A DNA stretch of 32,000 nt from Candidatus Methylomirabilis oxygeniifera (GTDB lineage: Bacteria; Methylomirabilota; Methylomirabilia; Methylomirabilales; Methylomirabilaceae). The position numbers and the translations under genes are program-made. Under the pieces are notes generated by a model, which worked only from the letters and a program-made list of their open reading frames with translations, was not told the origin of the DNA and searched no databases. The stretch covers positions 2,700,001 to 2,732,000 of the forward strand of contig FP565575.1 of assembly GCA_000091165.1 (NCBI GenBank), written 5' to 3'. Positions 9,888 to 20,811 of this stretch are shown here, one piece after another; position 1 is the stretch's first letter, and every line of letters starts with the position of its first letter.

Positions 9888-10427
9888 ATGAAAAGGTGGT
9901 CGAAGATCGGCACGGTAATGACGGCGCTGCTGCTTTGCTCTCTGTTGGCGCCAGGACCCGTTTGGGCCGGGTCAGCTCCGGTCGGCGGCGCGCGACCGGC
10001 AGCGATCGGTAAGGCGACCGGGTCGGATCGGATTGTGGCAACTCATGAGATCCCCACCTCCTTTGCGGAGGTCACCGCTGCCTTCACCGCGAGTCCTACG
10101 ACCGAAGGGTTGGGAGAGGCGCTGGAGGCATCGCGCGCCACCTTCTCGAGCACAGAGACGATCGAGTTTAACGGCGTACTATTTGTATCCGGCCTGGCAG
10201 GGACTTCAGCAGACTTGGCGCTCTATCTGTTTGACCTGAGAGGACGGCTGGCAGCGGGCCCTTTTCTTGTCAATGACGTCTCAGTTCCTGATAATCGAAC
10301 GGACTTCTTCATCCAAATGGAGGCCGCAAATCTGTTCGTGACGGGGCGATTCAACTGGGTTATGACGATCAGCGATGCCTTTGGAGGATTTTTCGAGACC
10401 GGATTGCACGGTGTTGAGATCCAGTGA
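9888..10427 (+). CDS. Secreted hypothetical protein
   Basis: Signal peptide MKRWSKIGTVMTALLLCSLLAPGPVWAG, beta-rich remainder. No family recognised. Confidence 0.65.
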   Translation: MKRWSKIGTVMTALLLCSLLAPGPVWAGSAPVGGARPAAIGKATGSDRIVATHEIPTSFAEVTAAFTASPTTEGLGEALEASRATFSSTETIEFNGVLFVSGLAGTSADLALYLFDLRGRLAAGPFLVNDVSVPDNRTDFFIQMEAANLFVTGRFNWVMTISDAFGGFFETGLHGVEIQ

Positions 10428-10450
10428 GCGGTGACTACGCCCCGCGTACG

Positions 10451-10580
10451 GTCGTCATTGTGAGCGACCAGCGGGAGCGTGGCAATCACACGTAGTGTCG
10501 TTGCGAGGCGGAGCCGAAGCAGTCTCGTAGTGAGCCAGGCAAGAACGACAGGATTGCTTCGGTCGCTGCGCTCCCTCGCC
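10451..10580. repeat. Dispersed REP/MITE-like palindromic repeat ('TCATTGCGAGCGACCG...GCAATC' type)
   Basis: gtcattgtgagcgaccagcgggagcgtggcaatcaca, then ttgcgaggcggagccgaagcagtc and the partly inverted gattgcttcggtcgctgcgctccctcgc. Confidence 0.7.
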
Positions 10581-10600
10581 TTTCTAACAAAAGACCGCGT

Positions 10601-11614
10601 TTACAGGTTGGCCGTTTCGATCTTGACCTTGGCTCGTGCCCGCACCTGGCGAATCCAGTCGGCAAACACCTGCTCCCGCTTTCTTTGCAAAAGCCCGCGG
10701 CTGAATTGGGCCTTCTCGCGTTCGAATTCTGCGGCATCCGGGTCTTTTCGATCGATGACTCGCAGGAGGTAGCTCGCCTTCTCGCCCTGGATGATCGGGC
10801 TGACCGCCCCTCGCTCCATTACTAAGGCAGCCTCCTTGAACCGTTCTTGATCCGGTATGTGCGGGAGGCTTCGATCCCATGAGAAGAAATCGCTGGTGAC
10901 CGGTTTGAGCCCGGATGCCCTGACGATCTCCTCCCAGGGTTTGTTGCTCTTCGCCAGTCCGGCAACGTTCTGGACGGCGGCCTGTTGCGTCTTCAGATCC
11001 GAGAACATCACGTACTCCGCCTTGACGGAAGCCCGATTAAAGCGAAAGGCCTCCCACGTCTCATCCGGGATGAGATGAACCCCGCCCTTTACCCACTCTT
11101 CCACCTTGCGAAGCAACAGATCCTCACGCAGGCTTTCTTCGAACCGCTCAGGCGTCAGGCGCGCCGATTGAAGAGTCCGGAGATACTTATCCCGCTTAAA
11201 GCCTGTCGCATCGCTGAAAGCCGGTATGGCGGTGATCTCCGCGACAAGTTCATCCGGACTGATTACGAGGCCTAATCGGTTTGCCTCATGAAGCAGCAGG
11301 TGGCGTCCGATCAACCCCTCCACAACCTGCCCTTTCAGGTTCAGTTGTTCGAGGATCTTTTCATCAAACTTATCTCCCAATTTCTCCTGATACTGCTGAT
11401 ACTGACGTTGATAGGCCTGCTGATACTCCGCGTAGGGGATCTGCTCGCCTTCGACGGCACCAATCGGGTTCACCACCCCCCCGCCGGTGCCCGACGTGGA
11501 GCGGAATCCCCAGACAAGGAAGGTCGTTCCAATAAAGGCAAAGATCACCAGCCATAACGTCACACTTAACGCCTTGGTATATCCTCGAATTCGCTTTAGC
11601 ACAGTGCCCTCCAT
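10601..11614 (-). CDS. SurA_N / PpiD-like periplasmic folding-factor protein
   Basis: MEGTVLKRIRGYTKALSVTLWLVIFAFIGTTFLVWG TM anchor, then VNGEx-like VEGEQIPYAEYQQAYQRQ...QVVEGLIGRHLLLHEANRLGLVISPDELVAEI. ATG at 11614. Confidence 0.82.
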   Translation of the reverse strand: MEGTVLKRIRGYTKALSVTLWLVIFAFIGTTFLVWGFRSTSGTGGGVVNPIGAVEGEQIPYAEYQQAYQRQYQQYQEKLGDKFDEKILEQLNLKGQVVEGLIGRHLLLHEANRLGLVISPDELVAEITAIPAFSDATGFKRDKYLRTLQSARLTPERFEESLREDLLLRKVEEWVKGGVHLIPDETWEAFRFNRASVKAEYVMFSDLKTQQAAVQNVAGLAKSNKPWEEIVRASGLKPVTSDFFSWDRSLPHIPDQERFKEAALVMERGAVSPIIQGEKASYLLRVIDRKDPDAAEFEREKAQFSRGLLQRKREQVFADWIRQVRARAKVKIETANL

Positions 11615-11820
11615 CGCGTTCCACACACCAACACGTCCACGTAATACATTGTTTTTTATGCTATCGCATTGTCGCAATCGGCGCAACCCAATTTATGCCT
11701 CTGGCTGGTGTGTACTCCGAATACTACTTGTATTTCGCATGGTTGTATGCTAGATAAAATCGTATAATCCGGTCCGTATTCTCCCGCGCTGGGGGCGTCG
11801 CAAGTCAGCATGAGGAGTGA

Positions 11821-12852
<1,032 letters not shown>

Positions 12853-12942
12853 ATGCGATCGGCTCGGAGGCTCATACGCCGCGTCGCCTGAGTAGCGCGG
12901 ACCTCGCTTTTCCCCACAGCCTCATAGGCAGCACAGACAGGC

Positions 12943-13806
12943 ATGACTCGACTGCTGTTTCGATATCGACGGACACTCGTCCTTTCGACCGCTCTGCTGT
13001 TGGCCTTCGTGTTGATGACGCTGCAAGTTCGCAGCGGCAGCTCCGTCGCACTATTTACGAAGCAGATTCTCCTCACCTCCATCTCCCCGTTTCTGCGAGT
13101 TGTCACGAAGAGCTTCGATATCACCGCGACGGTCTGGAATGAGTACGTTGATCTTCGCCGGGTTCGCCGCGACAATCAGCTTCTGAAGGAGGAGGTCAGA
13201 CAACTCCGAGCTGAGGTGGGAGAACTGCGCGAAACAGCCCTGGAACATGCTCGTCTTGGCCATCTCCTTCAATTGGGCAACCGAATGGGTACGGAGGCGG
13301 TTGTCGCCAGGGTCATCGGCAAAGACACGACAAACTGGTTCAGAACGATCCTGATTGATACGGGGGCGAACCAGGGAATCCGGCGCCACATGACGGTCGT
13401 GACTCGTGAAGGGCTGGTAGGTCGGGTGGTAGATGTTACAGCATTGGCGTCTCGGGTACAGCTCATTACCGATCCGGAAAGCGCGGTCGGCGTACTGATC
13501 CAACGAAGCCGTACCATCGGAGTTGCGGCGGGGAGCCAAGGCGGCGCGATTCAGATCAAGTATCTTCCGTTGATGGCCGACGTGGCCGTCGACGACCGGA
13601 TTATCACCTCGGGGATGGGCGGGATCTTTCCAAAAGGCATTCCGGTGGGTAAGATTGTACGTTCGAGCCGACCGACGAACGGTACGTTATTTCAATTAAT
13701 TGAGGCGCAGCCTCACGCCGATTTCTCGCGCCTGGAGGAGGTGATGGTTCTGAAACGACCGCCTTCGAGCGGCCCGTCATGGGCAGGCGAGGAGCCTCCG
13801 CCATGA
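12943..13806 (+). CDS. mreC: Rod shape-determining protein MreC
   Basis: N-terminal TM, coiled coil (LLKEEVRQLRAEVGELRE), beta domain NQGIRRHMTVVTREGLVGRV; located between mreB and mreD. Confidence 0.95.
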   Translation: MTRLLFRYRRTLVLSTALLLAFVLMTLQVRSGSSVALFTKQILLTSISPFLRVVTKSFDITATVWNEYVDLRRVRRDNQLLKEEVRQLRAEVGELRETALEHARLGHLLQLGNRMGTEAVVARVIGKDTTNWFRTILIDTGANQGIRRHMTVVTREGLVGRVVDVTALASRVQLITDPESAVGVLIQRSRTIGVAAGSQGGAIQIKYLPLMADVAVDDRIITSGMGGIFPKGIPVGKIVRSSRPTNGTLFQLIEAQPHADFSRLEEVMVLKRPPSSGPSWAGEEPPP

Positions 13807-14282
13807 TAACGTTTCTGCTCGCGCTTATTGGCGCCTGCCTTCTCCAGACCGCCATCGTCCCTCGACTGGCTATCGGCGGTATTCAGCCGGACCTATTCCT
13901 GATCCTCCTCTTCGGACTCAGTCTTTCAATAGGGCCGGAGCTGGCCGCCGCAGCCGGCTTCCTCATCGGCCTGTACCAGGACGCGCTTTCGGGCGCTCCT
14001 CTTGGCCTCAACGCATTCGCGTTGAGTGTGATCGGCTTCCTGCTGAGCGGATTGAGTCAGCAGGTGAAGACGACCCAGCCGGTCTGGCGATTTACTCTGC
14101 TCTGTGTGGCCGGTCTACTGTCCGGGCTCATCACCCTGCTGCTTCTTCGTTTCTTTCATGCGCCCCGCCCCCTGACGTCCGCCCTCCTGTGGACCGCACT
14201 GCCGAGCGCGCTCTATACCGGGATGTTGGGGACCGCGCTGCTCGGCGCGCTGAGGCCGAACACCAACAAAGGCCTGACCTGA
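13803..14282 (+). CDS. mreD: Rod shape-determining protein MreD
   Basis: Multi-TM protein MITFLLALIGACLLQTAIVPRLAIGGIQPDLFLILLFGLSL; ATGA overlap with mreC. Confidence 0.92.
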   Translation: MITFLLALIGACLLQTAIVPRLAIGGIQPDLFLILLFGLSLSIGPELAAAAGFLIGLYQDALSGAPLGLNAFALSVIGFLLSGLSQQVKTTQPVWRFTLLCVAGLLSGLITLLLLRFFHAPRPLTSALLWTALPSALYTGMLGTALLGALRPNTNKGLT

Positions 14283-16129
14283 TGAGCAGGGAACGTGAGA
14301 TCTCGAACCGCTACGCCCCCTTCCAGAAACGGATCAGGGTGGCCGCCATCCTGGTCTCAGCAGCCGTCCTGATCCTGGTGCTCCGTCTCTGGGCGCTGCA
14401 GATCCTGGAAGGCGATCATCTACTCCAACTCTCCCTCAATAATCGCCTCCGCCTCCGCCCGGTCGAGGCGCCCAGAGGGCTCATCCTCGATCGAAACGGA
14501 GAGCTCCTGGTAGAGAATCTGGCCTCCTTTGACCTGTATGCGACACCGGAGGATATGCCTGATGTTGAGGATGCCACGCGGCGACTTGCGGAGATCCTCC
14601 AGTCCTCACCGGATGAGTTGCGGCAGCGGGTCTCGCAAGGACAGGGCTCACAACTGGAGCCGGTGCTGTTACGGAAAGGAGTGGATGAGCGAATCGTTGC
14701 GGCCATCGAGGAGCACAAGATCGATTTGCCGGGCGTGAGCCTTCGAGTCAGGCCGGTGCGCACGTATCCGAATGGCGGGTCCGCCGCTACCCTGCTGGGC
14801 TATGTTGCCGAGGTGAGTCAGACGCAACTCAAGTCGAAAGAGTTTCGAGACTTTCGTCCGGGTGAGACGATGGGGCAGGCCGGAATCGAGCGGCGATATG
14901 ATGCGTTCATACGGGGCGTCGACGGCGGGGAACAGGTGGAGGTGGACGCGCTCGGAAAAGTCAACCGGCTGATCCGGCAGGTTGAACCGCAGTCCGGATT
15001 CAGTCTGCATCTCACGCTCGATAACCGGTTGCAGCGGGTCGCGGAAGAGGCCTTGCAGGGCAGAAGCGGCGCGCTCATCGCGGTTCACCCATCTACCGGT
15101 GAAATCCTGGCGATGGTCAGCCAGCCGTCGTACGATCCAAACCAGTTCTCTCAGCGCATGACCCCTGACCAGTGGCGGAAGCTCACTGGTGACCCGCGCC
15201 ATCCCATGCAAAACAAAGGGCTCCAGGGCCAGTACGCGCCTGGCTCCATCTTCAAGCTGGTGACCGCGCTTGCCGCTCTCGAGAAGGGGTCCATCACGCC
15301 TGAAACCAAGTTCTCCTGCGACGGCGTCTTCAGTCTCGGCTCCCATCTCTTCCACGACTGGAAGAAAGGCGGTCATGGGACGTTAGATCTCCGGCAGGCC
15401 ATCGCCAACTCCTGCAACATCTACTTCTATCATACCGCCCTCAAAGCCGGAATTGGAGAGATCGCCCGCGTTGCCCGCGAGCTGGGGCTTGGCGCCCCAT
15501 CCGGGCTCGGGCTGAGCGGTGAAGCGCGGGGCATCATCCCCCCCAAGCCAACCGTTCCACCGGAGGCAGGCGGATGGTATCCCGGCAACACCGTGATGGC
15601 CGGAATCGGACAAGGGATGGTCACTGTCACGCCGATGCAGGCCGTGATGATGGTCTCCGCCATTGCCAACGGGGGGTCCCTCTACCGCCCATGGGTCGTG
15701 CGGAAGGTCGAGACACTGGACCGTGACATGATCGAGGAGTACGGCCCAGAACTCGTCCGGAAGGTCAATATCGATCCTGATAATCTGGCTATCGTCAGAG
15801 AAGGGATGCAGGCGGTCGTCAGCGAGGGGACGGGGGGTCGCGCCAAGATTCCCGGACTCCGGGTGGGCGGTAAGACGGGGACCGCACAGGTGGTAGAGAA
15901 TAAGAAGAGCGGTTCGCAGCGGGGCGATCAACGGGACAACGCCTGGTTCGTGGCCTTTGCACCCGCAGATCATCCCCAGATCGCCATTGCCGTGGTGGTC
16001 GAGCACGGCGGGTTCGGCGGTCAAGTGGCTGCGCCGATTGCGAAGAGCCTTCTGGAGGCGTGGTTCAAGTTGCCCAAAGAATCGAGGCCGGCTCAGGTTG
16101 CTGAGGCGGAACCGACCGAAGGCGACTGA
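14282..16129 (+). CDS. mrdA: Penicillin-binding protein 2 (elongasome transpeptidase)
   Basis: PBP dimerisation domain, active site APGSIFKLV (SxxK), VGGKTGTAQV (KTG). TGATG junction with mreD. Confidence 0.96.
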   Translation: MSREREISNRYAPFQKRIRVAAILVSAAVLILVLRLWALQILEGDHLLQLSLNNRLRLRPVEAPRGLILDRNGELLVENLASFDLYATPEDMPDVEDATRRLAEILQSSPDELRQRVSQGQGSQLEPVLLRKGVDERIVAAIEEHKIDLPGVSLRVRPVRTYPNGGSAATLLGYVAEVSQTQLKSKEFRDFRPGETMGQAGIERRYDAFIRGVDGGEQVEVDALGKVNRLIRQVEPQSGFSLHLTLDNRLQRVAEEALQGRSGALIAVHPSTGEILAMVSQPSYDPNQFSQRMTPDQWRKLTGDPRHPMQNKGLQGQYAPGSIFKLVTALAALEKGSITPETKFSCDGVFSLGSHLFHDWKKGGHGTLDLRQAIANSCNIYFYHTALKAGIGEIARVARELGLGAPSGLGLSGEARGIIPPKPTVPPEAGGWYPGNTVMAGIGQGMVTVTPMQAVMMVSAIANGGSLYRPWVVRKVETLDRDMIEEYGPELVRKVNIDPDNLAIVREGMQAVVSEGTGGRAKIPGLRVGGKTGTAQVVENKKSGSQRGDQRDNAWFVAFAPADHPQIAIAVVVEHGGFGGQVAAPIAKSLLEAWFKLPKESRPAQVAEAEPTEGD

Positions 16130-17244
16130 TGGAAGCGTATCCTATGTCGGTATCTCGCCGCGTTCTACCCGCCTTCGACTGGCGGCTTGTCGCCGCGGCC
16201 GTCGGGCTAGCGGCCCTAAGCGTCCTGATCATCTACAGTACGAGCGGGATGCACGCCTCGCTCTTCCGAAGATCGCTGTACCTGAAGCAGGCGACCTGGA
16301 TGGTGATGGGAGTCTTCGCCATGGTCCTGCTCTGTGTCGTCCCGTACCGGACAACCTGGAGCCTGGCCTATCCGCTGTATGCCTTTCTGCTTGTTGCGCT
16401 GTTGCTTGTCGCCCTGATCGGCCGGACCGGCATGGGCGCCCAGCGATGGCTCAGCATCGGATCGTTCGCGTTTCAGCCCTCGGAATTCATGAAGCTGTCA
16501 CTCATCATCCTGCTGGCTCGCTACTTTGAAGACCGCAAAGACGAGTTACATACGCCTCGGATCTTCATCCTGCCGATCATCCTGACCCTTGTGCCGATGG
16601 CCTTTGTCCTGCGGCAACCCGATCTTGGCACCGCCATTATGCTGCTCTTAATCTCCGCCAGCATCCTGGTAGTGATGGGGCTGAAGATTCGCTACCTCGT
16701 TCTGCTCGGCGCAGCCGGAGCTGCCGTCGCCCCGGTGCTCTGGCACTTTCTGCATGACTACCAGAAGAATCGAGTGCTCGTATTTATCTATCCCGACATG
16801 GATCCCATGGGGGCAGGTTATCATGTCGCCCAATCGAAGATCGCCGTCGGCTCGGGCGGATTGATCGGAAAGGGATGGATGGCGGCTACGCAGAGCCAGC
16901 TCAACTTCCTGCCGGAGAATCACACCGACTTCATCTTCGCCGGCCTTGCGGAGCAATGGGGCTTCATCGGCTCTCTGGGCTTGCTGCTGGTCTATGCCTA
17001 CCTTCTTTCACGGGGCCTGCGCCTCGCTAAGGATGCCCACGACCTGTTCACCATGGTCACGAGCTTCGGCATCGTGTGTATGATGGCGTGGCAGGTCGTC
17101 ATCAATGTCGGGATGGTGACCGGCATCATGCCGGTGGTCGGCATTCCGCTTCCGCTGCTGTCCTACGGGGGCTCGTCCATGCTGATGAATATGCTGGCCG
17201 TCGGCTGCCTGCTCAACATTCAGAAGCATCGCTATCTGTATTGA
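16129..17244 (+). CDS. rodA: Rod shape-determining protein RodA (SEDS glycosyltransferase)
   Basis: SEDS family features: GAQRWLSIG, FQPSEFMKLS, FIFAGLAEQWGFIG, GIPLPLLSYGGSSML. Confidence 0.97.
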   Translation: MEAYPMSVSRRVLPAFDWRLVAAAVGLAALSVLIIYSTSGMHASLFRRSLYLKQATWMVMGVFAMVLLCVVPYRTTWSLAYPLYAFLLVALLLVALIGRTGMGAQRWLSIGSFAFQPSEFMKLSLIILLARYFEDRKDELHTPRIFILPIILTLVPMAFVLRQPDLGTAIMLLLISASILVVMGLKIRYLVLLGAAGAAVAPVLWHFLHDYQKNRVLVFIYPDMDPMGAGYHVAQSKIAVGSGGLIGKGWMAATQSQLNFLPENHTDFIFAGLAEQWGFIGSLGLLLVYAYLLSRGLRLAKDAHDLFTMVTSFGIVCMMAWQVVINVGMVTGIMPVVGIPLPLLSYGGSSMLMNMLAVGCLLNIQKHRYLY

Positions 17245-17290
17245 GCGGGTATGAAGCCTTGACAGGTCTCGCCGTCGCTGTTAAAAGTAC

Positions 17291-17365
17291 AGGATAGAGG
17301 GTCTAGGGTATAGGGTGTAGTTTATCTTCTGCGTCCTGTACCCCAGACCCTAAACCCTTTACCCT
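17291..17365. repeat. TAGGGT / CCCTAAACCC-type short repeats upstream of ileS
   Basis: aggatagagggtctagggtatagggtgtag ... tcctgtaccccagaccctaaaccctttaccct, with inverted tacagga/tcctgta and agggtct/agaccct arms. Confidence 0.6.
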
Positions 17366-17376
17366 GGAATTGCCGG

Positions 17377-20202
17377 ATGAACTATAAAGAGACACTGAAC
17401 CTGCCAAGTACCGCCTTTCCGATGAAGGCGGATCTCCCGGTACTCGAGCCGTCCATCCTGACGCGGTGGGACGCCTCAGGTCTCTACGATCGGCTCCGCG
17501 AGGTCCGGGCTGATCGACAGGTCTGGATCCTCCACGACGGTCCACCCTATGCGAATGGCCATATTCATATCGGTCATGCGCTCAATAAGATCCTGAAGGA
17601 CTTCGTGGTCAAGTCCAAATCGATGTTTGGCTATAACGCGACCTACGTCCCGGGATGGGATTGCCACGGGCTTCCGATCGAACACCAGGTCGATAAAAAC
17701 CTGGGCAGCAAAAAGACGGAGGTGTCGCTGGTCGAAAAGCGACAACTCTGCCGCGAGTACGCCGCCAGGTTCGTCGACATTCAGCGGGCGGAGTTCAGAC
17801 GCCTCGGAGTGCTCGGTAACTGGTCGGTCCCGTATCTCACCATGGATTACATGTACGAGGCGACGATTGTCCGTGAACTGGGAAAGTTATTCGGAACGGG
17901 GGCAGCGTACAAAGGCAAGAAGCCGGTCCACTGGTGCGCCTCGTGTCGGACGGCCCTGGCCGAGGCCGAGGTCGAGTATGCCGATCATGCATCGCCGTCC
18001 GTCTACGTCAAGTTTCCGCTTACCCAGGATGTCGAGGAGCGGTTGCCGATGCTCCAGGGAAGACGGGCGTATGTTGTGATCTGGACGACGACACCATGGA
18101 CGCTGCCGGCGAATCTGGCGATCGCCGTACATCCGGACGCATCGTACGCGATCGTCGAATCGGCCGATGAGTGCTTCATCATCGCCAAAGATCGGCTGGA
18201 AGCGACGCTTGCTGCGGCAGGGGTGAAGGCGAGCCGGGTTGTCGAAGAAGTGCCGGGCCGTACGCTGGAAGGGCTGACGGCCAGACACCCATGGATCGAA
18301 CGATCCTCGAAGGTGGTGTTGGCCGACTATGTCACGATGGACCAGGGGACAGGGTGCGTACATACGGCGCCGGGGCACGGCGTCGAAGATTATGAGACCG
18401 GTCTCCGATACGGCCTCGATATCTATAACCCTGTCGATGCCGCCGGACGGTTCGTCGCGGATCTGCCGCTTGTCGGCGGCCTGAGCGTCTGGAAGGCCAA
18501 CAGCGCGATCATTGCCGAGCTTCAGCGCCGAGGTCTGCTGCTGTCGGAGGTACAAATCGAACACTCCTATCCCCATTGCTGGCGGTGCAAACACCCGACG
18601 ATCTTCCGGGCGACGGAGCAGTGGTTCGTCTCTATGGACGCAGCCGTCCTCCCTGATGAAGGCGGCGGACAGACCGGACTGCGCGCCAAGGCCTTGGCGG
18701 AGATCAAGCAGGTCCGGTGGATTCCCTCCTGGGGCGAGGATAGGATCAGCAATATGATCGCGTATCGCTCCGACTGGTGCATTTCGCGGCAACGGGCCTG
18801 GGGGGTCCCGATCGTCGCCTTCTACTGCGCGCATTGCGGCCATATCCTGGCGGACCGGCGGATTGCCGAACATGTTGCAACCATGATCGAACGGACGGGG
18901 GCCGACCTCTGGTATACCGACACCGCAGCGGATCTGCTTCCGCCCGGGACCGCGTGTCCCAACTGCAAGGGGACCGACTTCGAAAAGGAACGCGATATCC
19001 TGGATGTCTGGTTCGATTCCGGCGTGAGCCACGCGGCCGTCCTCGAGGTCAGATCCGACCAGCAGTGGCCCGCCGACATGTACCTTGAAGGGAGCGATCA
19101 GCATCGGGGGTGGTTCCATAGCTCGCTGCTCACCGCAGTCGGGACCCGGGGACGCGCGCCCTATCGGGCGGTCCTGACCCACGGCTTCGTGGTGGACGGC
19201 GAAGGCAAGAAGATGTCCAAGTCGCTCGGCAACGTCGTCGCCCCCCAGGAGGTGATTGACCGGTACGGCGCCGAGATTCTTCGTCTCTGGGTGGCGGCTG
19301 AGGACTACCGCGACGACATCCGAATCTCCGAGGAGATCTTGAAGCGGCTGGCGGAAGGGTATCGGCGCATCCGGAACACCTGTCGCTATCTGCTCGGCTG
19401 CCTGTCCGACTTCCAGCCTGCTCGCGATGCGCTGCCGCTCAACGAACTCGATGAAATTGACCGGTTCATCCTGCACCGGCTGGGGCGGCTCGTCGAACGA
19501 TTGCGCCAGGCCTATGAGACGTACGAGTTTCACCTCCTCTACCATGGCCTGCATAACTTCTGCGCCGTAGACCTGTCGGCCATGTATCTGGATATCCTGA
19601 AGGACCGCGTCTACACCTCCGCCCCCCGCTCTCGCGCCCGGCGCGCGGCCCAAACCTCGATGTATCAGATCCTTGACGCGCTCGTCAGACTGATGGCGCC
19701 GGTCCTCTCCTTTACCGCCGATGAGGTGTGGCAGGTGATGCCTAAGCAGGGCGGCGAGGCGGAAAGCGTGCATCTCGCGGAATTCCCGACCGTCCGGTCC
19801 GATCTGCCGGACGAGGCCCTTGAAGCCCGCTGGGACGTCTTGCTGTCGGTTCGGGACGAGGTGCTGAAAGCCCTGGAGGCCGCTCGTAAAGCCAAGCTGA
19901 TCGGGACATCGCTGGAGGCCCACGTCGACCTCCTCGTCGAGCCTGCCTTGCTGCCGATCCTCACCCGGTACCAAGTCGATCTTCCGACGCTGTTCATCGT
20001 CTCGGCTGTCAGCGTAGGGAGTCTCGCCGAGACGGACGCCGCCGGAAAAAGGGTTGAGGTACGGGTCGAGCGAGCAGCAGGGCAGAAATGCGCCCGCTGT
20101 TGGACCTACGGTGAAAGCGTGGGCCGGTCCATCCCACATCCGGATGTCTGTGCCCGCTGTGCCGGCGTCCTTGAAGAGATAGGGTATGGGAACAGGGTAT
20201 AG
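17377..20202 (+). CDS. ileS: Isoleucyl-tRNA synthetase
   Basis: HIGH signature HDGPPYANGHIHIGHALNKILKD, ENMIAYRSDWCISRQRAWGVPI-type region, KMSKS (KKMSKSLGNVV), C-terminal zinc site CARCW...CARC. Confidence 0.98.
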   Translation: MNYKETLNLPSTAFPMKADLPVLEPSILTRWDASGLYDRLREVRADRQVWILHDGPPYANGHIHIGHALNKILKDFVVKSKSMFGYNATYVPGWDCHGLPIEHQVDKNLGSKKTEVSLVEKRQLCREYAARFVDIQRAEFRRLGVLGNWSVPYLTMDYMYEATIVRELGKLFGTGAAYKGKKPVHWCASCRTALAEAEVEYADHASPSVYVKFPLTQDVEERLPMLQGRRAYVVIWTTTPWTLPANLAIAVHPDASYAIVESADECFIIAKDRLEATLAAAGVKASRVVEEVPGRTLEGLTARHPWIERSSKVVLADYVTMDQGTGCVHTAPGHGVEDYETGLRYGLDIYNPVDAAGRFVADLPLVGGLSVWKANSAIIAELQRRGLLLSEVQIEHSYPHCWRCKHPTIFRATEQWFVSMDAAVLPDEGGGQTGLRAKALAEIKQVRWIPSWGEDRISNMIAYRSDWCISRQRAWGVPIVAFYCAHCGHILADRRIAEHVATMIERTGADLWYTDTAADLLPPGTACPNCKGTDFEKERDILDVWFDSGVSHAAVLEVRSDQQWPADMYLEGSDQHRGWFHSSLLTAVGTRGRAPYRAVLTHGFVVDGEGKKMSKSLGNVVAPQEVIDRYGAEILRLWVAAEDYRDDIRISEEILKRLAEGYRRIRNTCRYLLGCLSDFQPARDALPLNELDEIDRFILHRLGRLVERLRQAYETYEFHLLYHGLHNFCAVDLSAMYLDILKDRVYTSAPRSRARRAAQTSMYQILDALVRLMAPVLSFTADEVWQVMPKQGGEAESVHLAEFPTVRSDLPDEALEARWDVLLSVRDEVLKALEAARKAKLIGTSLEAHVDLLVEPALLPILTRYQVDLPTLFIVSAVSVGSLAETDAAGKRVEVRVERAAGQKCARCWTYGESVGRSIPHPDVCARCAGVLEEIGYGNRV

Positions 20203-20217
20203 GGTTTAGGGTAAATG
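20191..20217. repeat. TAGGGT/TTTAGGG-type short repeat at ileS 3' end
   Basis: aacagggtatagggtttagggtaaatg; partly overlaps the last codons of ileS. Confidence 0.55.
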
Positions 20218-20262
20218 ACCAAGAATTTATGCACCTCGCCCCCCCGGCTCCGCATCCTAAAG

Positions 20263-20305
20263 CCCCCCATCCCCCCTTTGCAAAAGGGGGGCACGGGGGG
20301 ATTTC
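20263..20305. repeat. C/G-rich palindromic repeat between ileS and lspA
   Basis: ccccccatcccccctttgcaaaaggggggcacggggggattt; nested inverted arms. Confidence 0.65.
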
Positions 20306-20322
20306 GTACCTCGCACTAATCC

Positions 20323-20811
20323 ATGCGCTTCTATGCTGTCGCGCTTACCGTGATCGTCCTCGATCAGGTCTCCAAGCTGTGGATCCAGGCTGCGATGCCT
20401 CTCGGCTACAGCATCACCCTTATCCCTGATTTTTTCGCGATCGTCCATGTCCTGAATCCCGGCGCGGCATTCGGCCTCCTAGCCGCCCAGGCTGCAGCGA
20501 TTCGTAACCCGTTTTTTATCGGTATCTCCCTTCTGGCTATCGGGTTCATCCTGTACTATCGACATCGCAGGCTTGACGACCATCCGCTTGCCTCGCTTGG
20601 GTTGAGCCTGATCCTTGGGGGTGCTGTCGGCAACCTGCTGGATCGATTGAGAATCGGCATGGTCGTGGACTTCATCGATGTCCACTACTATCAGTACCAC
20701 TGGCCCGCGTTCAACGTCGCCGACTCCGGTATCACTGTCGGCGTGTCGCTGATGATGCTCACCATGATCCTCGATGAGCGTCGAGGGCGTCATCGTGGGC
20801 CGGCCTCATGA
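20323..20811 (+). CDS. lspA: Lipoprotein signal peptidase (signal peptidase II)
   Basis: LDQVSKLWI, HVLNPGAAFGLL, GGAVGNLLDRLRIGMVVDFID, FNVADSGITVG. Confidence 0.96.
   Translation: MRFYAVALTVIVLDQVSKLWIQAAMPLGYSITLIPDFFAIVHVLNPGAAFGLLAAQAAAIRNPFFIGISLLAIGFILYYRHRRLDDHPLASLGLSLILGGAVGNLLDRLRIGMVVDFIDVHYYQYHWPAFNVADSGITVGVSLMMLTMILDERRGRHRGPAS

Noticed and set aside
17887-20139. 750-aa minus-strand ORF antisense to ileS
   Set aside because: A GC-rich shadow of the ileS frame; low-complexity Arg/Gly/Pro/His-rich translation and no recognised motifs, while the plus strand is unambiguous IleS.
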